64,000 nt of DNA from Candidatus Woesebacteria bacterium GW2011_GWF1_31_35 (GCA_001029755.1 CP011214.1:273564-337563), one strand, 5' to 3'. Positions 37,247-47,719 are shown, counted from the stretch's first letter. Notes: generated from the sequence alone by a model not told the origin. Made by a program: numbers and translations.

Positions 37247-38209
37247 ATGCAAGAAACTGTCCAGAAAATTTTAACGTCTAATAGAGGTATTTTAGCTGCA
37301 GATGAATCAACAAATACAATTACAAAAAGATTTTTATCATTAGGTTTAACTTCAACCCCAGAACTTAATAAAAAATACAGAGAAGTGCTTTTTTCAACTC
37401 CAGATCTCGAAAAATACATAAGTGGAGTGATTTTATTTGATGAAACAATTAGGCAAGGATTAGGTCAAATGTTAAATCAAAAGGGAATATTAATTGGTAT
37501 TAAAGTTGATGGGGGTTTAGAAAACTTTAATAATACGGAAGAACAAGTCACAAAAGGATTAGATGGTTTGTCAATTAGACTTGATGAATATAAAAAAATG
37601 GGTGCAACTTTTACTAAATGGAGGGGAGTAATTAAAATTTCAGATATTTTTCCAACAGATCAATTTTTAGATGAAACTTTAGGAGGAATGGTCAAGTATG
37701 CAAAATTAGTTCAGGAAAAGGAAATGATTCCAATAGTTGAACCTGAAATACTTTTAGATGGAAATCACACAACAACAAGATGTGGAGAGATAACTGGGAA
37801 AACATTAAAAAGATTATTTGAATTACTTTTAAAAGAAGGAGTTGACTTGACTAAAGTAATTTTAAAGACAAATATGGTTTTACCTGGAAAAGATAGTGGA
37901 GTTACAGCAGCCCCATTAGAAGTTGCTGGTGCAACCTTAAGGATATTAAATTTATCTGTTCCTAAAGAAATTCCAGGAATTGTTTTTCTTTCTGGTGGGC
38001 AAACTCCTGATCAAGCAACAAATAATTTAAATGAGATAGTTAAAACCAAAGGAGATTCTCCTTGGGATATTTCATTTTCATATGGTAGGGCTTTACAAGA
38101 AGAAGCAATGAAGACATGGGGTGGAAAAGATGAAAATAAACTTAATGCTCAAGAAGTTTTTACAAAAAGACTTCAAATTGTTTCTAAGGCTAGGATGGGA
38201 GAACTTTAG
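37247..38209 (+). CDS. Fructose-bisphosphate aldolase, class I (eukaryotic-type)
   Basis: 320 aa. GILAADESTNTITKRF...YREVLFSTP resembles class I FBA N-terminal motifs. Confidence 0.75.
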   Translation: MQETVQKILTSNRGILAADESTNTITKRFLSLGLTSTPELNKKYREVLFSTPDLEKYISGVILFDETIRQGLGQMLNQKGILIGIKVDGGLENFNNTEEQVTKGLDGLSIRLDEYKKMGATFTKWRGVIKISDIFPTDQFLDETLGGMVKYAKLVQEKEMIPIVEPEILLDGNHTTTRCGEITGKTLKRLFELLLKEGVDLTKVILKTNMVLPGKDSGVTAAPLEVAGATLRILNLSVPKEIPGIVFLSGGQTPDQATNNLNEIVKTKGDSPWDISFSYGRALQEEAMKTWGGKDENKLNAQEVFTKRLQIVSKARMGEL

Positions 38210-38211
38210 AT

Positions 38212-39204
38212 ATGAGTAATCTTGATTTACTTTCTGTAGGAGATGCTAATTTAGATGCATTTATTACACCTTCTGAATCAGAATCTCTTTGTGACATTAA
38301 TACTAAGGAGTGTCTAATTGCTTTTTCGTATGCAGATAAAATTCCTGTTAAAAATTTAGAATTTTCTGTTGGTGGAAATGCTGCAAATAATTTAGTTGGA
38401 ACTAAAAGATTAGGAGTTAATTCTGGTGCAGTACTAACCTTGGGGGATGATAGTACAGGAGTCCAAATTATTGAAAAATTAAGGCAGGAGAGTGTTGACT
38501 TAACCTATGTTATTCAACAACCATCGACGCTTTCAAACTTTAATATGGTAATTTCATATACAGGGGAGCGAACAATTTTTACATATCATGCCCCAAGATC
38601 ATATGAATTTCCAGTAAATCTACCTAAAGTTCCTTGGATGTATTTAACTTCGATGGGAGAATCTTTTAAACCTTTCTATAATCATATAACTGAGTGGTTA
38701 GTTAAAAATCCAGAAACTAAGCTTTCCTTTAATCCAGGAACTTGGCAATTAAGAGGTGGAATTGATGCAATTGAAAATGTATTTAAACTTTCTACTTTGG
38801 TTTTTGTAAATAAACAAGAAGCAGAGAAACTAACAGGATTTGAAGCTAAAGATAAAGTTACTAAAGAACTTCTAATGGCCCTTTCAGGATTGGGACCAAA
38901 AATAGCAGTTATTACTGATGGTGGAAACGGATCATTTGTTTTTGATGGTAATAGATTTTTACACTGTGGAATACTTCCGGTTGATGCATATGAAAGAACT
39001 GGAGCAGGAGATGCTTTTGGATCAGGATTTTTGTCAGCTGTAATCAAAGGCAAAACTTTAGAAGAAGCTTTAATTTGGGGAACAGTTAATTCAGCTTCAG
39101 TTATTGGTTATACAGGAGCACAAAGAGGATTATTAACAGAAGATGATATGAGTACATGGGTTGACAGGGCAAAATCTTCGGGAGTTATGGTTGAGGAGAT
39201 GTAG
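38212..39204 (+). CDS. PfkB-family carbohydrate kinase (ribokinase-like)
   Basis: 330 aa. GGNAANNLV and C-terminal GAGDAFGSGFLSAVIKG. Confidence 0.7.
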   Translation: MSNLDLLSVGDANLDAFITPSESESLCDINTKECLIAFSYADKIPVKNLEFSVGGNAANNLVGTKRLGVNSGAVLTLGDDSTGVQIIEKLRQESVDLTYVIQQPSTLSNFNMVISYTGERTIFTYHAPRSYEFPVNLPKVPWMYLTSMGESFKPFYNHITEWLVKNPETKLSFNPGTWQLRGGIDAIENVFKLSTLVFVNKQEAEKLTGFEAKDKVTKELLMALSGLGPKIAVITDGGNGSFVFDGNRFLHCGILPVDAYERTGAGDAFGSGFLSAVIKGKTLEEALIWGTVNSASVIGYTGAQRGLLTEDDMSTWVDRAKSSGVMVEEM

Positions 39205-39910
39205 TTGGTTCGGATTCAATAAACTTAATAGTAGATAGAATTTGATCAAAAACTTGAAAAAGATTTGGATCCTCTGTGCCTAGTTGGAAATAGTATCGTA
39301 TTCCATTATGGTCAAGCAAAACAAAAATTAGGTTTGGTCCTTTAAGGATTATTGATTTTTCCCCACCAAGTTCTGACTCAAATTTTTCTGTTCCAGGTTC
39401 TGCTCCAGGTTGGTTTAGTCTGTATGTTGCGTCTTGATCGAGTGATTTTTCTGGATTTTCATAAGAAAAAAGATAGAGGGTGGCAATCAAACCCTCTACC
39501 TCAACACTTTGGGAGCTGGGGTTGTCTACTGGGTAAGATATCCACGATCCATATCCACCATCGGGGGACCCTAATACTTCTTTGTGTGTATACCATTTTT
39601 CGGGTAATGCAATCGAGAGCCCTATTTTTGAGAAAATATGGACTTTCCAATCTGTAGTTGGATCTGTTGTTGGTATTGGTTCAGTCGATGTAATCGGAGT
39701 AGGGATAACCTGTAATTTTGTAATTTCTTTAACTAAATTTTGTGTTTGATATGCAAAAAAACCTGCAATTAAAACAGAAATGATAAGTAAAATTGAAAGT
39801 AAAATTACTAAAAAGCTACTATTTTTTTTAGGTTCAGCTGTTTCCATTTTTTGTGCTGGTTCTATTTGTGGTGTTGGTGTTTGTGTATTTGTGGTTATAT
39901 TTTGTTCCAT
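39185..39910 (-). CDS. Membrane-anchored extracytoplasmic protein, paralog family member 2 (C-terminal DQILSTIKFIE)
   Basis: 241 aa. Same architecture as 26369..27046 and 44771..45484 (cytoplasmic tail, TM, Pro/Thr linker, conserved W.....GLSIALPEKW and C-terminal motif). Confidence 0.4.
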   Translation of the reverse strand: MEQNITTNTQTPTPQIEPAQKMETAEPKKNSSFLVILLSILLIISVLIAGFFAYQTQNLVKEITKLQVIPTPITSTEPIPTTDPTTDWKVHIFSKIGLSIALPEKWYTHKEVLGSPDGGYGSWISYPVDNPSSQSVEVEGLIATLYLFSYENPEKSLDQDATYRLNQPGAEPGTEKFESELGGEKSIILKGPNLIFVLLDHNGIRYYFQLGTEDPNLFQVFDQILSTIKFIESEPTTSPQP

Positions 39911-39947
39911 GCTTTAATAATAACATAGGAAATGTTAAATTTAATGT

Positions 39948-40934
39948 ATGAAAGTCTTTGTAACCAGAAAAATTCCTGGAGAATCTCTTGAAGAACTTAA
40001 AAAAAATAATTTTGAAGTTACTGTCTCAGAATTTGATAGACCATTAACTTCTGAGGAACTTTTAGAAAAATCAAAAGGAGTTGATGCACTTCTCTGTCTT
40101 TTAACAGACAAAATTGATGGTGATTTAATGGATGCAATTGGACCACAACTTAAAATTATTAGTAACTATGCAGTTGGTTTTGACAATATAAACATTGCTG
40201 ACGCAACTGATCGTGGAATTGTTGTTACTAATACCTCATGTGTAGAAGTAGATGAAGCAGTAGCTGAACACACTTGGGCTTTAATTGCATCACTTACTAG
40301 AAGAATAGTTGAGGCAGATGAAACAACCAGAAGGGGAGCATTTAAGGGTTGGGAACCAAATATATTTTTAGGAGTTTCTTTAATTGGAAAAACCTTAGGA
40401 ATTATTGGTTTAGGAGGAATTGGGACCATGGTAGCAAGACGAGCAATAGGCTACAAGATGAATGTTATTTATAACAAAAGGAAAAGAGACGAAGAAGCAG
40501 AAAAAAATCTAGGAGTTAGATATTCCGACTTAGATACACTCTTTAAAGAAAGTGATGTTGTCACACTTCATGTTCCATTAACAGATGAAACTAGGCACAT
40601 GATTAATAAAGAAACTCTTAATAAAATGAAAAAAGGAAGTTTTTTGGTTAATACTGCAAGAGGACCTATTGTTGATGAACATTCCTTAGTTGAAAGTTTA
40701 AAAGATGGACATTTAACTGGTGCTGCACTAGATGTATTTGATAACGAACCAAATATAGACCCAGAACTTATTGGTATGCCAAATGTTATTACAACCCCAC
40801 ACATTGCATCTGCAACACATGAAGCAAGGGAAGCAATGGGAAAATTGGCAGTTTCAGCAATTTTAGAAACTTTTTCTTCTAAGGAACCTATTAATATTGT
40901 TAATAAAGAGGTTTGGGAAAAAAGGAGAAAATGA
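39948..40934 (+). CDS. D-isomer-specific 2-hydroxyacid dehydrogenase (glyoxylate/hydroxypyruvate reductase-like)
   Basis: 328 aa. NAD-binding GIIGLGGIGTMVARRA and a catalytic His region (TPHIASAT). Confidence 0.8.
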   Translation: MKVFVTRKIPGESLEELKKNNFEVTVSEFDRPLTSEELLEKSKGVDALLCLLTDKIDGDLMDAIGPQLKIISNYAVGFDNINIADATDRGIVVTNTSCVEVDEAVAEHTWALIASLTRRIVEADETTRRGAFKGWEPNIFLGVSLIGKTLGIIGLGGIGTMVARRAIGYKMNVIYNKRKRDEEAEKNLGVRYSDLDTLFKESDVVTLHVPLTDETRHMINKETLNKMKKGSFLVNTARGPIVDEHSLVESLKDGHLTGAALDVFDNEPNIDPELIGMPNVITTPHIASATHEAREAMGKLAVSAILETFSSKEPINIVNKEVWEKRRK

Positions 40935-41926
40935 TATTTTCAAGAGGAAAGGATGCTGATTTTGAAGATGAAGTTGAGGAAGAAGAGATTCCTAAGAGAA
41001 AATTTAGAGATTTAAGACCAGAAAACCGTAGAGCTCGTAAAGAACCTCCAAAGCCGTGGGGTAAAAAAGAAAGATTAATTGTTTTAATAATACTTTTAGT
41101 TACAGTATTAACTTCAGGAATATTAGCTTTAACTGCAAGAAATTTTAAATTACCAAATTTTCCCAAAATTGGCATTCCGAATCTTTCTAATTTTAATATT
41201 TTTAAAGAACAGGTAATAATTGTGGGGAATAAGGGGACAAAGGTAAACTTAGCTAAAATTGAAAACACCAAAAAACAATTTAAAAGTTTAACTGATGATT
41301 ATTCAGGAATTTATGCATTTTATATCTATGATCTAAATGGAAATTATTTTTATGGAGAAAATTATCAAGAAAAAATGCAAGCAGCATCATTAATTAAACT
41401 GCCTGTAATTTACTTAACATACCTAGAAAGTCAAAAAGGAAACCTTGATATAAATGAATATAGGTCTTACTTAGAAGCAATGGGTAAAAGATCAGATAAT
41501 CAAGCTTTTATAAAAATGGTTTCTATTTTAGGCAAAGAAAATATTAATAAAGCAATAATTAATCTTGGAATGAGTAAAACCTCTTTAGAGGAAAATATTA
41601 CAACACCTGAAGATATCGGTTTGTTTTTTAAGAAACTAAAAAATTATGAAATTTTAAATAAAGAAAATACAGATGAATTTTTAGAATTTTTAACTGATAC
41701 TTCTTTTGAAAAATGGCTAAGACCAGGAATACCATCTGAAATTAGACTTGCCCATAAATATGGTAGAGAAGTACATGCAGTAAATGATGCTGGGATAGTT
41801 TTTAGTGATAAACCTTTTGTTCTTGTAATAATGACTGATGGAGTAGTAGAAAGTGAAGCTGATAAAATATTTCCAGAACTTAGTAAATTATTGTATAATG
41901 ATCAAATAAATGAAAAAACCAATTGA
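40913..41926 (+). CDS. Serine beta-lactamase-like (class A / PenP-like) hydrolase with N-terminal TM
   Basis: 337 aa. SxxK motif (AASLIK) and a KYG region; overlaps the upstream gene by 22 nt. Confidence 0.45.
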   Translation: MGKKEKMIFSRGKDADFEDEVEEEEIPKRKFRDLRPENRRARKEPPKPWGKKERLIVLIILLVTVLTSGILALTARNFKLPNFPKIGIPNLSNFNIFKEQVIIVGNKGTKVNLAKIENTKKQFKSLTDDYSGIYAFYIYDLNGNYFYGENYQEKMQAASLIKLPVIYLTYLESQKGNLDINEYRSYLEAMGKRSDNQAFIKMVSILGKENINKAIINLGMSKTSLEENITTPEDIGLFFKKLKNYEILNKENTDEFLEFLTDTSFEKWLRPGIPSEIRLAHKYGREVHAVNDAGIVFSDKPFVLVIMTDGVVESEADKIFPELSKLLYNDQINEKTN

Positions 41927-42575
41927 GTACATAAAGGAATCTTGGACTATCTACACTAAAAGAGAAAATTTTCTATTTTTCTCAAAAGTCATGGCTATCC
42001 TTGTAATTGTTTCCACAGGTTTAAGTTATCTAATTAATTACCTTTATCCAATTAATGTCTGGAAAGATTTTAAGTTTGATAATACTCCAATGTTAGTTGG
42101 TTTTACTTTTTTAATGTTACTTTCAATCGTAATTGGATTCTGGGTTAAAACGGTAACCTATTTGGCTATCTTAACTAAACCTACTGATGATATAAAAACT
42201 TTCTTTAAAAAAGGATTAAAAAGTATTTGGAAGTTTTACTTAATTTCTCTAGTAATTGGAATATTGATATTTTTAGGAAGTTTACTATTAATTATTCCAG
42301 GGATTATTTTCGCGGTTTGGTTTTCCTTCTCAATCTTTTTAATTTTAGATAAAAATTTAAAAATTAAAGACTCTTTATTAAAAAGTAAGTCGTTAGTTAA
42401 AGGAAAGTTTTTAAAAATCTTTGGAAGATTTATTGTATTTGGTTTTGTGATCTTAATAATCCAAACCATATTAGGCTTAATTCCATATATGGGGACAATA
42501 TTAGTAAGTTTTCTGGCTCCTCTTTTTATACTTCCTTTCTATTTACTTTATAGAGATCTACTCGTTAGTAGTTGA
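41910..42575 (+). CDS. Polytopic membrane protein (unknown)
   Basis: 221 aa, about 5 TM helices. Confidence 0.3.
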   Translation: MKKPIEYIKESWTIYTKRENFLFFSKVMAILVIVSTGLSYLINYLYPINVWKDFKFDNTPMLVGFTFLMLLSIVIGFWVKTVTYLAILTKPTDDIKTFFKKGLKSIWKFYLISLVIGILIFLGSLLLIIPGIIFAVWFSFSIFLILDKNLKIKDSLLKSKSLVKGKFLKIFGRFIVFGFVILIIQTILGLIPYMGTILVSFLAPLFILPFYLLYRDLLVSS

Positions 42576-44732
42576 GGGGGCTGGTTCTAAAATTTTAGGG
42601 CAAGACAGTTGTTTTTCTTCTAAAAACCATTCCATTCTACTAAAACATTCTTTTTTTATTAATCCTTCTGGTGGAATCCAATTAACAGAATCTTTGTTAT
42701 TAAGTAGGCTTCTTGTAATTTTATTCCAAATTGGTGCAGCTCCTGTTATTCCTGAGGCAATTCTACTCATTGGTGTTCCATCATTATTTCCTACCCAAAC
42801 AGCAACTAAATAATCTTTATTAAATCCAATTGTTAAATTGTCTTTTAAGTCATTACTGGTTCCAGTCTTAACTGCAACTTCAGGATGGTTTGGAATAACC
42901 AACATAGAATTTAATCCAAACGATGGAGATCTTGCTATATTATCTTTAAGTACATCTATTAACAAAAATGCAACTCTTGGATCAAGAACTTTTAAATCTT
43001 CAACATTAAATCTACTCTCCTTTTGAGATAAGAGATTCTCTTTATAATTTTTAACTTCAGTAATTACTTTAATTTCATTTTTAACTCCCATATTTGCAAT
43101 AACAGAATAAACTTGTGCTAAATCTACTAATTTTACTTCTCCTCCACCCAGTGTTAATGAAAGGCCAAATCTAGATCTATCGGTCCAGGTAGTAATTCCC
43201 ATTTTTTCACCCAGATCAATCATCTTACTAACCCCGTAGGAAGCCAATATTTTAACTGCTGGAATATTTCTAGATTCAGCTAGAGCTGATCTTACTGAAA
43301 TCTTACCTCTATAAGTTCCATCATAGTTTTTGGGAGTGTAAGGAGGAAGTCCAGAAACTGAAAAAGTTATTGGAGAATCATCAATAGTTGAGGCAAGTGT
43401 TAAACTATTTGACAAGCTTAAAGCATAGTTTATTACTTTTATTGAAGAGCCAGGTTGTCTTAATCTTGTTGTAACATTTACATTTCCTCCGTTTTTTGTA
43501 TCAAAATAATCTTTACTTCCAACCATGGCTAATACCTCACCATTTTTAGGATCAACTACTAAAACAGCTGCATTTCCTACGTTTAAATTTTTAAGTTTTT
43601 CTAACTCTTCTTTAACTACTTTTTCAGCCATTTCCTGGATTTTAAGATCAAGAGTAGTTGTAACAATTAAACCTCCTTTTAAAACCATTTCTTCACCATA
43701 TTCATCAATAAGTTTTTCTCTAACATACATTACAAAATGGGGGGCTTTGATGTCAGTTTTATTAGGAGCAAAAGTAATTCTTTCTGATAAAAAAACCTCT
43801 TCTTCTTCGGAAGTTATAAACTTGTTAACTCTCATTAGGTGTAAAACTTCTCTTTGTCTTGAAAAAGTTAGATCAGGATTTGGTCCAAAAGGGGAATATC
43901 TGGTAGGACTTTGGGGAAGCCCTGCTAATAGTGCTGACTCTGAAAGAGTTAGACTCCCAACATCTTTTCCAAAATAAAGTCTGGCTGCTTCTTGTATTCC
44001 ATATGCAGTACCTCCATAAGAAACTTCATTTAGGTACATTTCCAGTATTTGGTCTTTAGAAAAATTTAATTCAACACCGATTGATAAAATTAATTCTCTT
44101 AATTTTCTAACATATGTTTTCTCAGATGATAAAAGTGCGTTTTTAACAAGCTGTTGGGTTATGGTTGAGCCACCATTAAGTTTTCCTTCCTTAAGATTTT
44201 TAATTGAAGCTCGAATTATTCCTCTAATTGAAAAGCCGGGATGTTGATAAAATTCAGCATCTTCTGCGGCTAAAGTTGCAAGTCGTGTATTTTCTGGTAT
44301 TTGGGATAGAGTTACTGGAGTCCTGTTTTTATCTTTGTAGATGGTATATAAAAGTTCACCGTTTCTATCATATATTTTTGTAGAAACTGATTGTTCTCTG
44401 GTAATTAAGTCTCTAGGGGAGGGAAGGCCTTTTAAAACTAAAAAGTAGAAGGTAAAAGAAAAAACTAATAGAAAAATAAAAGGCAATAATAATCTTTTTT
44501 TAATTTTAAATTTTGGTAATTTAACACTAACTTTAGGAATAGAAATTTTAATAGGTTTTAATTTTATTTTAAAAGTTAAATTAATAATTCGTCCTATTGC
44601 ATAGAAAATAAAGATAGTAGCTATTAAAATATGGGTTAGGCAAAAATAAAAAGGTTTACCTACAACAATTAAGATTTTAGTAAGTAAACTAAAGGCAGTG
44701 GTGGTTTTTTTAATTTTTCCAGCCACAGGCAT
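42558..44732 (-). CDS. Class A penicillin-binding protein (PBP1-type glycosyltransferase + transpeptidase)
   Basis: 724 aa. GT51 motifs (EDAEFYQHPGF; GGSTITQQLVKN) and transpeptidase SSIK, SxN, KTG. Confidence 0.85.
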   Translation of the reverse strand: MPVAGKIKKTTTAFSLLTKILIVVGKPFYFCLTHILIATIFIFYAIGRIINLTFKIKLKPIKISIPKVSVKLPKFKIKKRLLLPFIFLLVFSFTFYFLVLKGLPSPRDLITREQSVSTKIYDRNGELLYTIYKDKNRTPVTLSQIPENTRLATLAAEDAEFYQHPGFSIRGIIRASIKNLKEGKLNGGSTITQQLVKNALLSSEKTYVRKLRELILSIGVELNFSKDQILEMYLNEVSYGGTAYGIQEAARLYFGKDVGSLTLSESALLAGLPQSPTRYSPFGPNPDLTFSRQREVLHLMRVNKFITSEEEEVFLSERITFAPNKTDIKAPHFVMYVREKLIDEYGEEMVLKGGLIVTTTLDLKIQEMAEKVVKEELEKLKNLNVGNAAVLVVDPKNGEVLAMVGSKDYFDTKNGGNVNVTTRLRQPGSSIKVINYALSLSNSLTLASTIDDSPITFSVSGLPPYTPKNYDGTYRGKISVRSALAESRNIPAVKILASYGVSKMIDLGEKMGITTWTDRSRFGLSLTLGGGEVKLVDLAQVYSVIANMGVKNEIKVITEVKNYKENLLSQKESRFNVEDLKVLDPRVAFLLIDVLKDNIARSPSFGLNSMLVIPNHPEVAVKTGTSNDLKDNLTIGFNKDYLVAVWVGNNDGTPMSRIASGITGAAPIWNKITRSLLNNKDSVNWIPPEGLIKKECFSRMEWFLEEKQLSCPKILEPAPSTTNE

Positions 44733-44770
44733 ATTATATCAAATTATGGGATAAAGTGGATATGAGAAAG

Positions 44771-45484
44771 TTAATCTGTTAATTTAAAAGTTGAGAGGAT
44801 TTGGTTTATTAAAGATTCCTGTGGCTCATTTGATGTAAAATCTGAAGTATTAAAATTAATAACGTAGTTTTTATTTGTGGTAATTAAATAGTTACTTAAG
44901 CCAGTACTTTGTAATTTAAAATAAACAGGATCTTGAGATGCCCAAACAAAATTGTTATTTTTAATATTAAGATTAACAAAACTTACGTATTTACTAATAC
45001 TTTGTGGATCTTGAGGGTCAATCTGTCTCAAAAAGTAATCTTTAGTAGGATATTTGTCACCATTATATCCAATAATAACTGTGATAGCTTTGTTTTGATC
45101 GATTAAAGTAAACGTTGTGTTAGTAGTATCTCCTAGAATTTTAGTGTTATTTGGGTAACGAAATGAGAAACCATATTTATCACTTGTATACATCTTTGTA
45201 TTTATATTTGGTTCAGGAGTTGTGTTTGGTGTAATTGTAGGTTCAATTTGGACAACTGGAGTCGGAGTTGAAGTACCTACTGTTTTTAATTCTGTTAGTT
45301 CCTTTGTTAATTTCTGTGTTTGAAATATTAGAAAACCTATTATAGTTATAGAAACAAACAAAAGAATTGATAATAAAATAGTTAGAAAATTACTTTTTTT
45401 GGGTTTTTCTGGTGTTACCATCTGTTGGTTATCAACTACAGGTATTGTTGATGTTGCTGGTATTGTAGATATTTGATTTTCCAT
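44771..45484 (-). CDS. Membrane-anchored extracytoplasmic protein, paralog family member 3 (C-terminal NQILSTFKLTD), between the two PBP genes
   Basis: 237 aa. Same architecture and conserved motifs (YTSDKYGFSFRYPNN ... QILSTFK) as the other two family members. Confidence 0.4.
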   Translation of the reverse strand: MENQISTIPATSTIPVVDNQQMVTPEKPKKSNFLTILLSILLFVSITIIGFLIFQTQKLTKELTELKTVGTSTPTPVVQIEPTITPNTTPEPNINTKMYTSDKYGFSFRYPNNTKILGDTTNTTFTLIDQNKAITVIIGYNGDKYPTKDYFLRQIDPQDPQSISKYVSFVNLNIKNNNFVWASQDPVYFKLQSTGLSNYLITTNKNYVINFNTSDFTSNEPQESLINQILSTFKLTD

Positions 45485-45508
45485 ACTTTTTTAAATTATA
45501 TATTTAAT

Positions 45509-47719
45509 TTATTTTAACGGATATCTGATCATTGCGCTAGAGGAAGCAATTGGACAGTTCATACAATATATCGTTTTTAATGGATCTGTGTATGTTGGTC
45601 TATTTTGGGTTTCAATGTTTTCTGGAGGAGTATCTTTTCCTGAAATCTGTCCTGTTGTTTTATCCAACTGTAAATCTAATGGAACAATATTTGAAGTTGT
45701 TGGCACGGTTCCTTCTATAAAATATTCAAATCTTAAAGGACATCCTGCCTGGGCAGGGTCAGTTGAAAGTGGTGCTCCTCCAGTGTCTGCACAAATATTA
45801 GCTCCAACTACACCACTTGGCTGTAATGGCCAAGAGTGTCCATCATCCTCTGAATCGTAAGTTCCTTTTTCTGATCTATCAAGTGTAAATTTCATAATTT
45901 TATTCCAGATAGGAGACGCTCCTGATACTCCAGAAACTGCTCCACCCATCGGGGTGTTGTTATTATTTCCAACCCAAACAACAACAACTGCTTGTTTGGT
46001 GTAACCAACTGTCCAATTGTCTTTTCTATCATTAGTGGTACCTGTTTTAACAGATACCTCGGGATGATTCTTAACAACTAAATATGAGTTTTCTCCAAAA
46101 GCTTGGCTTCTGGCGTTATTATCGTAAAGGATGTGAGAAATTAGAAAAGTTACGGTTGAATCAATTATCCTTTCTCCTGTTAATTTGTTATTTGAGACTT
46201 TATATTCTTCTAAAACTTTTCCTCTCCAATCGGCTACTTTAGTTATTGCAACAAGTTCTTGTTTGATTCCATCATTTGCAAAAACACCAAAAGCACTTGC
46301 CATATCGTATGGTCTTACTTCTCCACCACCTAAAGTTAACGATAGACCGTAATTTTCAGGATCAATAAAAGTTGTTAAACCCATTTTATTTGCAAATTCA
46401 ACAAAGTTTTCAAGTCCATTTAAGGCTAGTGTTCTTACGGCTGGAATATTATATGAATTACCTAGTGCAAAACGGGTTTGAGTAAGTCCGTGATATGTTC
46501 CATCATAGTTTCTGGGGCAATAAAGAGATTGACCAGCAACTGAAAAACAAGTTGGTACATCAGTAAAAGTTGTAGCAGCAGTAATTTTTTTATCTTTCAA
46601 AGCTAGTGCGTAGTTAATAGGTTTTATAGAAGAACCTGGTTGTCTTTTGGAAAGAATGACATTTACTTTTCCATCTTCATCTTCTGCAAAATAGTCTTTA
46701 CTTCCAACCATTGCCAAGATTTCTCCTGTTGATGGATGAACGACAATTGCAGCACCATTTCCAACTTTTTGTTTTTTTAATTTAGCAACCTCTGTAGCTA
46801 CCTGATCCTGGGCAAATTCTTGTAGGTCTAAATCAAGAGTGGTTGTGACACGAAGTCCACCCTGTTCAACCATTCTCTCTCCATATTTTTCAACTAATTG
46901 ATCTTTTACCCAAAGTGCAAAATGGGGGGCTTTGGGCGTCTCTATTTTTGCATATTTTAATTCTTCCTTAGCTGCATTATCTGCTTCTTCTTGTGTTAAG
47001 TATTTATTATCCACCATTTGTTTTAGAACTTGGGCTTGTCTTTCCTTCGCCAGTTCTGGATGTGCCCCAAATGGAGAATATCTCGTGGGACTTTGGGGAA
47101 GACCTGCAATTAAAGTAGCCTCAGCTAAAGTTAGATCTTTTGCTGTTTTATTAAAATAAAGTTCACTTGCAGATTCAATACCATATGCTGTTGAACCGTA
47201 TGGTATTTGATTTAAATACATTTCTAGTATTTGATCTTTGGAATATATTCCTTCAACTACCATTGTTAGAAAAAATTCTCTTATTTTTCTTCTAATAGTT
47301 CTCTCTGGTGTTAGAAGTGAGTTTTTTACTAACTGTTGTGTAAGTGTTGACCCTCCTTCAAGTTTTCCTCTAGTTATAATTTTGTAAAGAGCTCTTGCCA
47401 TACCTGTGTATGAAAAACCATAGTGTTTGTAAAATTCTTTATCCTCAATTGCAATTGTTGAAGTTTTAACATAGTTGGGTAAATCATTTAGATTTACAGG
47501 ACTTCTTCTCGTATTTGTATAAATTTCAAATATTAATTTTCCATTTCTATCAAGTAATCTAGTTGAAACAGGTATATCGGGGGAGGAAAGTTTTGTTGGA
47601 AGCGGAATTCCCCAAAAAAGCCAGGTGGAAAAAATAATAAGCACTGAGAAGAAGATAACTTTTTTTCTATTTCTTTCTTTTGAAAGATAGCCTTTGATTT
47701 TTGATAAAAATTTCTTCAT
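45509..47719 (-). CDS. Class A penicillin-binding protein, second paralog
   Basis: GT51 motifs (EDKEFYKHYGF; GGSTLTQQLVKN) and transpeptidase GSSIKP. The track ORF runs to 47830, but the likely start is the internal Met (MKKFLSKIKGY) at 47719, immediately before the TM helix. Confidence 0.8.
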   Translation of the reverse strand: MKKFLSKIKGYLSKERNRKKVIFFSVLIIFSTWLFWGIPLPTKLSSPDIPVSTRLLDRNGKLIFEIYTNTRRSPVNLNDLPNYVKTSTIAIEDKEFYKHYGFSYTGMARALYKIITRGKLEGGSTLTQQLVKNSLLTPERTIRRKIREFFLTMVVEGIYSKDQILEMYLNQIPYGSTAYGIESASELYFNKTAKDLTLAEATLIAGLPQSPTRYSPFGAHPELAKERQAQVLKQMVDNKYLTQEEADNAAKEELKYAKIETPKAPHFALWVKDQLVEKYGERMVEQGGLRVTTTLDLDLQEFAQDQVATEVAKLKKQKVGNGAAIVVHPSTGEILAMVGSKDYFAEDEDGKVNVILSKRQPGSSIKPINYALALKDKKITAATTFTDVPTCFSVAGQSLYCPRNYDGTYHGLTQTRFALGNSYNIPAVRTLALNGLENFVEFANKMGLTTFIDPENYGLSLTLGGGEVRPYDMASAFGVFANDGIKQELVAITKVADWRGKVLEEYKVSNNKLTGERIIDSTVTFLISHILYDNNARSQAFGENSYLVVKNHPEVSVKTGTTNDRKDNWTVGYTKQAVVVVWVGNNNNTPMGGAVSGVSGASPIWNKIMKFTLDRSEKGTYDSEDDGHSWPLQPSGVVGANICADTGGAPLSTDPAQAGCPLRFEYFIEGTVPTTSNIVPLDLQLDKTTGQISGKDTPPENIETQNRPTYTDPLKTIYCMNCPIASSSAMIRYPLK

